This document shows positions 1 to 11,169 of a stretch of 64,000 nt of DNA, one piece after another. This stretch comes from Bilabrum cf. latius (taxonomy: Eukaryota): NCBI GenBank assembly GCA_965178125.1, contig OZ237741.1:744001-808000 (forward strand). Reading direction: 5' to 3'. A model generated the notes under the pieces. That model saw only the letters and a list, made by a program, of their open reading frames with translations, made no database searches and was not told the DNA's origin. The stretch's first letter is position 1, and every line of letters begins with the position of its first letter. A program made the translations under genes and the position numbers.

Positions 1-2
1 CC

Positions 3-3000
3 AAGTGGCACCGCAATGCCATCGAGCAGGTTCATGGGTGGGGCGAGATGCTCGATAGCGAGAAGCAGCAGGAGCTGGAGCTGCATGAGTACGGCCTGGT
101 GGCCGGTGTGCAACCCCGGCCTCTCGTGGAATCGAGCAGCCACGGTGCGTCCTCCCGTGGATTTGGCAAGTTTGCCGTTCGCCCAACGTCTGGAGCCGAC
201 AAGTTCGAGCCTGCGCCATTCCGTCCAGCCGCTCGATAGAGCCAGATGCTGCAAGCAGCTGGGCTAGTGGGCGAAGACGGTGCTCTGCAGGCGAAAGATC
301 AGCCCAGGTACCTTCTTGCCACTCCAAAGGGGGGAGGCATCCTGCTCGAGTGTGGTCTGGCAGCCGGTAGCGTCCTGCACCGACGGGCGGTTGGCCTGGT
401 GGGCGAGGATGGCAAGAGCGTGGTACCTATCGACTACGAGTGCCCGGCCTACGACTGGGTGCACTTGGCGGTTGTCGCTGACGCAGATGCAAACGTCAGC
501 ATCTACGCGAATGGGCAATTAGCCACGACGAAGAAGGTGCACTATCCTGCGGGATCGGCGCCGCTGCCTCACTGGACTCTTGGGTCCGAGCGCGGCGCGC
601 CCTTGCGGGCGGACGTGTACGACCTCAGGATGTGGAGGTGTGCCAGGACTGCGGGCGAGATCCGGCGTGACATGATGAGCAAGGTGAACCTGATTTCGGT
701 GCAGCCCATGCTGATCGGGTACTGGAAGCTGGAGGAGGGCTTCGGCAGGTATGCAGCAGACGCATCTGGCCAGCACCACGCGTGCTTCGTCAATGGCCCG
801 CAGTGGATCAAGGTGAAGAAATCGATCGGACCCGGGCCCGCGCAATCGGCCGAATCGAGCGGCGAGTCTACGCCTGTCGTTGCAGCCGCCTCGGGTGCTG
901 GGGCAACTCGAGAGCTGTAGACTGCCTTCGATGCCCTTCCTAGCGTGCCTGTGCTTTCTTGCGTTACTCATAAGTCCACCTTGCAGCTAGGTGACGTTGT
1001 GTCATCCTCGACTTGCGAGCCCGGGGCCGACTGGCGCGAGTTCTCGGGCTACCTGAGGGCCAAGGCGCAATCGGGCGAGGTTGGTGACACGTGGAAGAAG
1101 CCCTTGTCACAGGCTGTAAGTGTGCATTTCAGGCCGTGCGAGCCCGAGAAGGTGACTGAGGCCCTCGATGTGCTTGGCGAGACGGCCGCTCTGGTCGCCC
1201 GGAAGTAGGGCAAGCCTGCTGCCGAACAGGATTCTGCACGGGAACAGCAGGCTAAGCACCACCCAGGAACGGTGCTTCTGGTAGGATACTTGGACTTGCC
1301 AGAGTCGCTGGCCAGGGCAGAGCTAGTGGGTAGGGCGTATCTGAAGAAGGATCTCCCGGACTCGCTTCCGCAAGCTTGTGCCGATCAGTTCGAAGGAATT
1401 CAAGGCGATCCTAGGAGCGACCCAGCAGCAGCAGCCGCCATTGCAAGCTACTGGATGGAGTCCGACGTTGTTGGTGACGCGCTGCACACGACATCACCGA
1501 CTGGCGGGGCCGCATCATCATCGGGGCCCCAGCTGTACCTCGTTGCGTCCGGAGTGACCGCAGGCCCGCCCGATGTGCTGTCGTGGCTGTCCGGCCTTGA
1601 GTTCGAGGGGGAACATCGTAAGGTCAAGCAAGGCGAACCAGATATGGACATGAACAGCACAGAGGTGGACGGTAACGTGTTACGAGGACATTGGAAGGCT
1701 CATCTGGTAGAGCGAATCAAGGTCAGTGGCGAAGGCGATGCCGAGGTTGTCGACCCGAACAGCCAGCTGCGGTTCATCAAGGCCATGTCGCACCCCCGGT
1801 CTACCATCTCAGTGGATGGTCTGACTGCATCGCTGCACAAAGGCAACCCTGCCGATGAGTGGCGCATGGCAACACTGACTTGCTCCGCTGAACCAGACAT
1901 CTCGAAGCTGCAGGACGGAAAGGCACCCGCGAAGGTGGACTTTACTTAGGGCCGCGTGCTGGTCGATGTCACTTTCGCCAGTGGCAATCGTGGCGGTGCC
2001 CGCGTGCATGCGTGTGTTGGAGTAGTATCAGGTGACGCGTCTTCCTCGTCTGCTCCCGGGGACTCCAAGGGATAGGCTGGCTACTTTGCCCACGGCGCGA
2101 CCCGGAAGGAAGGCAGTCGCAACTCTGGGCTGCAGCCTTTTAAGGCAGGAGACACGGTCACTGTGGAGTTGGATACGTAGACCAATTCAGTTCAATTCTT
2201 TGTAAATGACAAGGCAGCGTGCCCGCTCTTGAAGGACCTCAACAGGCCGTCTGGGGGCAAGGGCTACGTTGTGCAGGTCGGCAGCAGGGAGGTTGGAGTG
2301 TTCGCATCGCCTCGGCTCAAGAGCGGCAAGCACACTATCAAGTATGGCTCGAACGTTGGTCGTGGTAACGCGAAGCAATTTTCTGGCCTGTTTGTGCAGG
2401 GCTGCAGGCAAGGGTACGGCGAGCTGCTAGTGTCTGACGGCGAGAGGTATTTCGGCTACTGGAAGAACGGCCGGATGACCGGCACGTACCGCAAGCAGTC
2501 AGGCTCGTACTGCCGGATGGACTTATCCTGCCGTGATGACCCTAGCCGAGCCCGCCGTGCCAAGAAAGAGGACTACGAAGCAAGCTGCATCAAGTTTGGC
2601 GTGGATGAGATCAAGGCGCTGCACAAGTTGTCAAGTGAGCAGCACGCGTCAAAGAAGACCACCGCGTCGCGGCTGCCTGGCCCAGTGGATCCGACTCTGT
2701 ACAAGGTCAAGAAGAAGAAGGACCCAATGTTCAAGTGGTCTGAAATACGCGAGTGGCTACTGCAAACTCGTGGCATGTTTGAGCACGATGCAGCAGAGCT
2801 GGAGGCCAAGGTGCTGTCTTAGGCGCAGGAGGCAGGCATTGTCATGAGCGAGGAGCAAGAGAAGGAAGCGACTGCTGTCGGTGGCGATGTACCACAGGTG
2901 GCCAAGGCGGCGCGCACACACGTGGACAGGCTGAGGCGAACTACCGTGGGGGGCGCGATGCAGGTAATGAGAGAGCAGTTCTTTGTGCTGATGCCCAGCC

Positions 3001-6000
3001 AATGTGGGAACGGCCTAGAGCCTTCCGCGGATCTTACAACCATCTCCTCCAAGTCCTCGCAAGGGGTCGTTCTAGGATCCCGAGGCTTCACTCGCGGTGT
3101 GCACTACTGGGAGGTGTTCGCAGACACGGGGCCCGACATGGGCGATCCCAAGCATCTGTAGACGCTCATGTTCTCTCCTGAGCAGCCCTGGATCCACATT
3201 GGTGTCGCTGAACGGACGCGCCCCATTGAGCGGCAGAGTGGCGAGCGGGGCGGGTCCAACGGTGAGTTCCGGGACTACGGTTTCTCGTCTGACATGATGC
3301 TGCGGTCCAACACGGAGCAGGGCGAGAGGCTGTTCGGGCCCAACATGGTGCCAGGCGACCGCATCGGCGTTCTGCTCAACATGGACGAGGGCAAGGTCAG
3401 CTTCCTGCGTGAGGGGTTCGAGTTTGGCACTTACAAGTTTCAGGACATCGGGCTGGGCTACACCAAAATCCGGTCGGGCGCGATCGGTGGGCCTTCTTGC
3501 CGCGTGCTGTACCCTGCCATTGGGATGCGCAGGGGCGCAGATCCCGTCACGATCCGGTGCGAGCGGTGGGTATCGGCCGCGGGAGAGTCGACGGAGGACA
3601 ATGTCAGGAAGGTGTTGGAGGCCGTCACCCTGCTGTAGAGATGGCAGCGGCCGCCTGGGCAGCCCGTGAGGCTGCCACGATCCGTCCTGACAGAAGCCAT
3701 GCACCGGTACAACTTGATGGCCACGCAGCCCTGGATCCGCGTGGCTCGCACCCGCGGGTAGGTGCGCCTGCCGTTCGACTAGAGTGAGGACAGCTGCACC
3801 GCGGTAGTGAGGGCGACGCAAGGCACCAGCCTGTCCACGGGAGGAAGGCTGCGAGAGCTCCGCGGCGGCGATCGCATTAAAGTCAAGGGCACGCTGGCGA
3901 CGGTGGTGGGCGTGAACAGGGGCAAGCTGTGGGTGCGGCGCGATGGCGTTGGGGAGCAGGCGTGGTACTTGGAACGAGACGAGATCGAGGAGGTGCAGGA
4001 GCGTGAGCAGTTCGTGAAGGACGAGCACGAGGCCGACCTCATGGTGAAGCGGCTGCGAGCGGAGATCGGTGACAGCAAGACGGACGCTGCTAGTGGGAGG
4101 TCCAAGGAGCAGCTGGCAGCCATGGGTAAGGGCGAGGTGGCTGCGGATGAGCAGACCTTCATGCAGTGGGTGAACGACGACTGCTGGTCTGTCGAGCGAG
4201 ATGAAGAGCTGGTCAAGGTGGTAAACGCGCAATGCGATCAGCGCGGCTGCGACCCAGCCAACCTGCAGTTGACCCCCGCCGACTCCCAGTTCTCCGAGAT
4301 GCTGCAAGACCCCCATCAGATGGGCCGGGTGCGAGCTCGATTCTGCGTGCTCCTTGCTTTGAATCGGAGGCTGGAGAAGCTACTGCCGCTCGTCGACTTG
4401 AGCGCAACCCAGGCCGGTGGGTTTGTGCCAACCGGCGACCCTCGCCGGATCCGCTTCTCCTCCTCGCTCGGCAGGCGGGTCGCGGCACTGCGCGGTCTCT
4501 GCTTCATGCGCACCAAGCTGGAGCTGTGGAACACGGTCATCCGAGACACGGCCCTGTACACGCAACCCGAGCAGGAGAACATGACCAAGGCCTCCGAGGT
4601 GCCCAACATCACCGTCGACACGGTCACGTACCCCGTGGACCGGCTGGTGATGCTCAAGTCGTACAAGGAAAGGCTGGAGCGATCTGTATTTGGCCAGCTG
4701 ATCGGGCAGTCGTACCAGTGGTCAGACGCAGGCTGGAGGCGTAACTACTCGTATTCGGAAGACGGCGGGCAGCAGCGAAATTTCTTCGTCAAGTTCGCCA
4801 ACCAGAAGGCCGTGGACCAGGGCGGGCCCTACCGCGCAGTGCTTGAGAAGGCGGCCGGCACAGAGGCAGCGGGCCCGCTTCGGCTGCTGGTCCCTAGCCG
4901 GAAGGACATTGAGCAAAAGCGTGGCCAGCACAACGCGGAGTACTTTGTATTCAACTCGTTCCCCGACACTGATAAAGGGCAGCACGGCCCGGGAGGAGAC
5001 AGTGCTCTCGAGGCCGAGGAGAGCCTGAGGGCCGCGGTACAGCTGGAGCTAGACAGGGAGCGGGCTGCCAAGATGTCGGCCAGCAAGGGGTCAGGCTCTG
5101 CCGCTGCTGCTGCAGCCGACGCCTCTGCCTTGGGTCGTCTCTCGGATGGGGCGCAGGCACCTGGCTATGGCGACGGCGTGTTCACGACTAGCGGCGGGGA
5201 GCACACTCGCTGGCACGACGGGGAGTACTTCTTCTTGGGTCGGCTGGTGGGCGCCTGCATCAGGCACCAGGTGATGGTGCCTGTCTCGATCGCGCCGTCA
5301 GTGTTCCGGTTCTTGGTGCTGCAGCACATTAGGAGGGAGGACCTAGCCGTGCATGACCCCAAGCTGGAGAGGGCGATCAAGACCCTCGAGGTGTACCTTC
5401 CCTCGCAGGCGCCGGAGGGGGCCTCGGGTGACGGGGCGGCGGCAGCTGGAGGGGCTGCCTCAGGGGCCGGTGCGGACGATGACCCGTCCATGGTGGAGGC
5501 ACAGGAGCAGAGCCTGCGAGACGCGGCCAGCAACGTGGTGGATCTGCTGCTGGAGCGAGTGCCCGATGTGCCCACGGGTCTGCATGCAGCAGCCAGGCAG
5601 CTCAGGCCCGAGCAGGTGTCATCGTTCGTGGACGTGTGCGTGGAGACTGCGGTGAGGGCAGCTGCCCGGCCCCAGCAGGCCTTCATGGAGGGCCTCTGCT
5701 CCGTTGTTCCCCGAGATCTGCTGGCCCTCTTCACCGCGGACGAGATGGAGAACCTTGTGTGCGGGGCCAGGAGCGTGAACGTAGCGGTGCTGCAGCGCAT
5801 TGCGGTGTGCAGCGAGGGCATGACGCGGTCGAGCGCGCAGGTGCAGTGGCTATTCGAGCTGCTGCGGGAGTGGGACGAGGAGCAGCGGAGGGACTTCTTG
5901 GACTTCGTGGCAGCGCGCAGGAGGCTGGCCCAGGGCGCCGACGCGCAGATGCAGGCCTTCCAGATCGAGAAGCTCAAGCCGCTCAGGGAGAGCACCAACG

Positions 6001-6131
6001 TGGACGGGATGCTGCCCAAGAGCGCCACTTGCTTCTTCCGACTGAAGCTGCCCGAGTATTCATCAAAGGAAGTTCTCAAAGAGCGCATGCTGAACGCGCT
6101 TGCCGAGACTGATACAATGGATGACGAGTGA
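3..6131 (+). CDS. HECT-type E3 ubiquitin ligase with LamG/concanavalin-like and SPRY domains; 5'-truncated, >2040 aa, read with TAG=Gln
   Basis: ORF-track pieces 48, 246, 945, 1272, 2229, 2844, 3168 and 3807 share one frame, separated only by 11 TAG codons (237, 918, 1206, 1947, 2073, 2178, 2820, 3159, 3636, 3759, 3780); ends TGA. LamG-like (WVHLAVV..YANG, YWKLEEG), SPRY-like (GVHYWEV, GDRIGVLLNMDEG), HECT (DQGGPYR; LPKSATCFFRLKLPEYSS with catalytic Cys). Confidence 0.9.
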
Positions 6132-6277
6132 TTGGTTTGATGAAAAGTACACACTATTTAGCTATCAGACCGTTTCGCATTAAACATAATTTGCCAGCGA
6201 AACACGACCGCGTCGTTTTTGGCTGGTAGTGAAGCTGGCATTATTGGTTTGATTAGCTGAGAAATACCTTGCTCACA

Positions 6278-8038
6278 ATGGCGATGAGCATGGGAAAGAT
6301 TGCAGCCGCCCCTGGCGGCGTCAAATCCAAGAAAGGAAAAGCGAAGAAGACTGGCCTTACGCTGGGGGAATTTCTCGACCGGGGTGACTTTACCGGCGCT
6401 GTGGCGCTACTAGAGTTCAAGATCCGGACCGGCGACACGGATGAGACCACGTTGCCTTGGCTTGCGTACTGTGCGTTCCACCGGGGCGACTACAAGAAAG
6501 CCTTGAGCGTTTACGAGCAGATCGAGAAGGCAGGTGATTCCACACCGGAGCTTGGCGTGTACAAAGCTTGTAGTTTATTCTATTTAGGCCGGTTTGCAGA
6601 GGCAGAAGAACTGTTGGCGGCAGCACCGAGCGCTGACCTCCGAAACCGGGTGATGTTCCATATTGCAAACAGAGTTGGGGACGAGGATCTGCTTCGAGAG
6701 CGGCATGGCACTCTCCGATTAACGACTGAGGACCAGCTTGCGCTTGCTGCCGTGCATTATCAGCGCGAGCACTACCAGCAGGCCACCGACGTGTACAAAC
6801 GGCTCCTCTTGGAAAACCCGAGCAGCGTGGCACTCAACGTTTACATCGCCATGTGCTACTACAAGCTAGATTATTACGACGTATCACTAGAAATTCTTGG
6901 CACGTACCTGGAGCATTTTCCCCGGTCGGCGGTGGCCATCAACTTGAAGGCTTGCAACCACTACAAGATGTACAATGGGAAGAGCGCCGAGGCGGACCTA
7001 AAGGAGCTTGGGGGAGACGTCGCGGCACAGCTGGGACTGAGAGGAGCAGGAGCAGGCAGTGGGGCAGGCAGCGCTGTCAGTGGAGCGGGGGCCGGCGGGA
7101 GCTCCGCTGCCGCCGCCGCCACCAACATGCTGGAGGAGAGCGATCTGATCCGGCACAATCTCGTCGTGTTTAGGGGGGGTGAGGGGGCAGTGAGGGTGCT
7201 CAAGCCACTGGCCGCGCACCTGTCCGAGGCTCGCCTGAACCTTTGCGTGTACCACCTGCGCCAGGGGGACGTCAAGTCGGCCCAGCGCGTCATTGAGGAG
7301 AAGGTGGCCACCACCGTGCCCGAGTTCCAGCTGGCGGGTGTGATTCATTCGGAGCTCGGCCAGAGGAACGGCAGCAAAGAGGACCTGCAGAAGGCCCAGC
7401 AGTATTTTCAGAGGGTAGGCATGTCGCCCGAGGACAAGGACACGATCTCCGGAAGGCAGTGCGCAGCCAGCCTCTACATCCTCATGCGGGACTTCTACAA
7501 TGCAAACATATACCTGGAGAGCATAAAGTCGTTCATGTACAACGACGACACCTTCAACTGGAACTACGGGATCGCACAGGCCGCAGAGGGGCACTACCTC
7601 GAGGCGGAGCAGAGCCTGCAGCGGATCACTGACCCCTCCATGACCCAGGACTTCGTGTACCTCAGCTGGCTGGCACGGTGCTTCATCATGAACGGTAAGG
7701 CCAAGCTCGCCTGGGAGCTGTACCTCCGCCTCGAGAGCACCAATGCAGACGCGCTGAGTCTCCTGCAGCTCATCGCCGCGGATAGCTACAAGATGGGCGC
7801 TTTCCTGGTGGCAGCCAAGGCCTTTGACGTGTTGGAGAAGATCGACCCCGACCCAGAGTATTGGGAGGGCAAGCGGGGTGCATGTGTTGGGGTGTTCCAG
7901 CTCGTGTGCGCGGAGCAAGAACCGGTGGAGAGTCTGAGAGAGGTGTTCGACATGCTGTCGACGACAGCCAACCCGCAGCAGAAGCACATCGTGGAGGTAA
8001 TCCGGCAGTATGCCGAGTCGCAGGGTTGGCCTTTGTGA
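6278..8038 (+). CDS. IFT56: Intraflagellar transport protein 56 (TTC26), 586 aa
   Basis: Single exon, no TAG, ends TGA. Characteristic motifs ALNVYIAMCYYKLDYYDVS, NLKACN, LIRHNLVVF, YWEGKRGACVGVFQ. Confidence 0.95.
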   Translation: MAMSMGKIAAAPGGVKSKKGKAKKTGLTLGEFLDRGDFTGAVALLEFKIRTGDTDETTLPWLAYCAFHRGDYKKALSVYEQIEKAGDSTPELGVYKACSLFYLGRFAEAEELLAAAPSADLRNRVMFHIANRVGDEDLLRERHGTLRLTTEDQLALAAVHYQREHYQQATDVYKRLLLENPSSVALNVYIAMCYYKLDYYDVSLEILGTYLEHFPRSAVAINLKACNHYKMYNGKSAEADLKELGGDVAAQLGLRGAGAGSGAGSAVSGAGAGGSSAAAAATNMLEESDLIRHNLVVFRGGEGAVRVLKPLAAHLSEARLNLCVYHLRQGDVKSAQRVIEEKVATTVPEFQLAGVIHSELGQRNGSKEDLQKAQQYFQRVGMSPEDKDTISGRQCAASLYILMRDFYNANIYLESIKSFMYNDDTFNWNYGIAQAAEGHYLEAEQSLQRITDPSMTQDFVYLSWLARCFIMNGKAKLAWELYLRLESTNADALSLLQLIAADSYKMGAFLVAAKAFDVLEKIDPDPEYWEGKRGACVGVFQLVCAEQEPVESLREVFDMLSTTANPQQKHIVEVIRQYAESQGWPL

Positions 8039-8405
8039 CGTGGACTTGTTCAGGTATGGTACTGATTTCGTTTAATCGCTGGTTGCCGCTATCGCGTTGA
8101 GCTGCTCAACTTGAATAACCAGAATAACCCAGAATAACCAGAATAATTTGTAGGGTAAAGAAACCACACAAAGTAATGTGCAACCACGAATGGCTGTCAC
8201 ACCCCCAAGGTGGGGCCATCAAAGATGACCTCAGAGAACAACGCGATCAAAAGACCCGCAGCCCCCCCCTAGAGCAAAGGCCAAAGCCTCAAAAGAAAGC
8301 AAAAGAAAGCCCGACTGAAGCCAAGCGGTAGCGTGTACATTTTAAAACTCGGAGTATAGCCAGCACACCTTAGCAGTCAACTAGACGCTCACTCAATCAG
8401 GCTGC

Positions 8406-10119
8406 ATGTCAAAGGCTGGTCCTTCCTGTTTTATTTTGATAGGATGTCTTGTTTTCTCGCACGCAATACGACTCAGAAGCTAGAGGCAGATCTCAATAAG
8501 CAATGAGGCTGTCCGAGAACCTTCAATTTACTAGTAAGCCAATCTAAATGAAGTATCAGTGCTTACGCATCCTGCTTGGCAAGTCTGTGCGTATGGATTT
8601 CTAGTCTCTTGCCGCAGGATTCCTCTTGTGAAATCTGTTGTGACCTAGAGGCGTCGTCAGGTACTGCTGCAGGAGCTCAGGTTCAGGGAGAGAGCTAGCG
8701 GCCATCATGCTTCAATGTCGAGCTCCACAGTTGAAATGTCTCACAAATAGTAGCATTCATCATCTGGCGCGTCCCAAGTGGCCTCTACTGCGGGAAAAGG
8801 CCAGCAAACGAGCATGCAGGAAATCGCTCTGACGCAATAGATGTAAGGTATATCCAGTCTTAAATTCGTCCTGACTAGCTTGATGCATGCGACCTAGCTG
8901 CAAAATGCAAATATTGTAGGGCTACATTCACCGCAGATTGTCCCAGAAGCGCTTGGCGACATACTACGGACAGATCACCATTGGCACCGGCTCTGGGGCA
9001 AGACCATTCAAGGTGCTCTTCGACACTGGTTCCTGCGAGTTCTGGGTGCCGTCTTCGGCGTGCCACACGGAATCTTGCAAAGGCCATCACGGTTTTGATC
9101 CCTAGCTGGACGAGTCCCCGGAGCAGGACACGGTGGTTCCCGCCGAGGTCCGAGACAAGCTGATGAGCGTGCAGTACCTGTCCGGCAAGATCGCTGGCAC
9201 GCTTGTCGCCAGCGACGTGCAAATTGCCAATCTCGTGGTGGACGACTAGATCTTCGAGATCGCCACGGAAGTCGACGTGCCTCTGCTCAGCTAGGTGGAG
9301 TGGGACGGTATCCTTGGGTTCGCCTATGGCTCCGAGCAGATGCTCAAGCAGGGCGTGCTCCCTTTCTTCGACTCCATCATGAAGCAGAGACTCCTGCACA
9401 GCAACGTATTCGGGTACTCGATCGGGCCATAGGGAGGCGCCATGTCCATAGGCGGCGTGGACTGGTCTCTAGTGGCGGGGGTGGAGCAGGGCGGGCCATA
9501 CGTCAAGAGCATGGAGGGCGAGGGGTCTCCGTTCCAGTGGGCGAAAGTGGTGAATCTGGGGTACTGGACCGTGGGTCTGCTGGACATCGAGCTGGTGTAT
9601 CCTGCGGGAGAGACGGTCAGCACTGGCGTGTGCGGGGGCGAGAAGGATGGCATGTGCCGTGGGATCGTGGACACCGGCACGTACCTCGTGTATGGGCCCA
9701 GGCAGCACGTGGCAGGCCCACTGAGGGACCTGCAGGGCACTGGGTGCAACGGGTTCGGCGGGCTGCCCTCCGTGGTGTTTGTGCTGCAGGGGTCAGACGG
9801 GCCCGACTCCAAGGTCCGCGTGAGGCTGGAGCCGAGGCAGTACTCGCTCATCTTCCACGTGCCCGCGGAGGGAGTGGATGACCAGGAGTGCGACGAGGCC
9901 ATGAAGCAGCATCCCGATGGGAAGGGCATCGACAGCGGCAGGTGCCCCAAGGAGTGCGTCACCGGCATCGCACCGGACGATGACGTCATATGGACATTCG
10001 GACAGGTCATGCTGCGGTCGTTCTACACGGTGTTCGATCGTGACCAGAACCGGATCGGGCTGGCCCTTGCACAGGGCATCCGCGACGAGAGCGGCAAGGT
10101 GCGCGAGCTGATTGCGTGA
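8406..10119 (+). CDS. Pepsin-family (A1) aspartic protease precursor, about 511 aa; exons 8406-8533, 8618-8842, 8937-10119
   Basis: Hydrophobic N-terminus, YYGQITIG, catalytic FDTGS and IVDTGT, DGILGFAY, FYTVFDRDQNRIGLA. GT-AG introns of 84 and 94 nt restore the frame; 10 in-frame TAG; ends TGA. Confidence 0.9.
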
Positions 10120-10372
10120 TGCGTTGCCAGGCGTTGGTCATGACTAGTAGTGTGGGGGAGGCCCCGGGGCACATGATTCCGAGGCGGGTTGGTTGAGGTC
10201 TAGCATAGCGCTGTGTGAGACAAATGCAAGCTTTTGGTTTCATCCCCACTCATGCTTGCTACATGCAAGCTACACCATCGTGTAGAGCACGCTCCAGTGC
10301 GCCAAGCCTATGCAGGGACGTGGGGTGCTTCCTGCCAGTGACTGTAGGCGGACTCCTCGGAGGCTGTCTTCT

Positions 10373-10981
10373 TCAGCGATGTCCCTGCTCGGTGAGCATC
10401 AGACCAAACAGTGCAAGTATTCCCAAGCCCAAGATGCTGAAGCCCATGACATTGGTTGTCTGCATGACCGAGATGTCTGTCTGCATGACCGAGATGTCTT
10501 TCTGCATGACCGAGATGTCTTTCTGCATGACCGAGATGTTTTTCTGCATGACCGAGACATATTTCTCGACGCGAACGAGCCTGACGTTGAACTCATGGAA
10601 TTCTTTTTGCATAGCTGTGATCTTCTAGTCTAAACCTTTAAGTAGACTGTTGGAGTGCCCCCACAGTGCAAACACTCCAGTCATTGCCGCAGTGCCGACG
10701 CCGCCGATGGCTATCGCAATCCAGGACATGTCGAATCCACCTGCCACTGAAGTTGCCTTCTGCCACCGTACTGATGTAGACCTCCTTTTAGGTGGCCAGT
10801 GGTCCTTCCCGAACCTCAACCTCCTTTTCGGTCCTGCTCTGCCCGCTTGGAAGCTTACCGATAGCATCCGGGATTGACTGCGCCTTCCTGCACGACCGGG
10901 AGACAGCCAGCCCGTTTTGTTTCCAATAACGGTAGCAATTGATTTGATTGTATGCGGTGCTGCTTGAGCGAATCGTCTCAT
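10373..10981 (-). CDS. Small membrane-anchored coiled-coil protein (TM, heptad repeat, TM); start uncertain
   Basis: ORFs 10625-11065 and 10373-10612 are in one frame joined by a single TAG (10625-10627). Hydrophobic segments WIAIAIGGVGTAAMTGVFALWG and VMGFSILGLGILALFGLML flank (MQKDISV)n heptads; ends TGA. Confidence 0.65.
10458..10562. repeat. Coding tandem repeat, 5 x 21 bp
   Basis: TGCATGACCGAGA recurs at 10461, 10482, 10503, 10524 and 10545; encodes heptads on the minus strand. Confidence 0.95.
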
Positions 10982-11169
10982 CGTCGAAAGTCGCTCGAGA
11001 ATTCTGACGAGTCGAGCGCAGGCAACAGGCCACCACCACAGCATTGTAGCGAGCGACTTCAGCATCTGCCGGCGATCTGATAATTCCGAATTTATGCACT
11101 CGCTTCCACTCCCCTAATTTCATATAGAATCCAAGCCCTCATCCGCAAGTTGGAGGTCTACCATAACTC

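Noticed and set aside
3072-7987. Long antisense ORFs (3072-4316, 5165-6154, 6998-7987; likewise 16889-18190, 42741-43889, 45327-46295)
   Set aside because: Shadow frames of GC-rich genes on the opposite strand, with no recognisable motifs.
8112-8147. AGAATAACC(C) short repeats as a telomere-like sequence
   Set aside because: Only about 4 imperfect units in an intergenic spacer; too little support.
10458-10562. Possible CRISPR array
   Set aside because: Contiguous 21-bp units without unique spacers, in frame as coiled-coil heptads; eukaryotic context and no cas genes.
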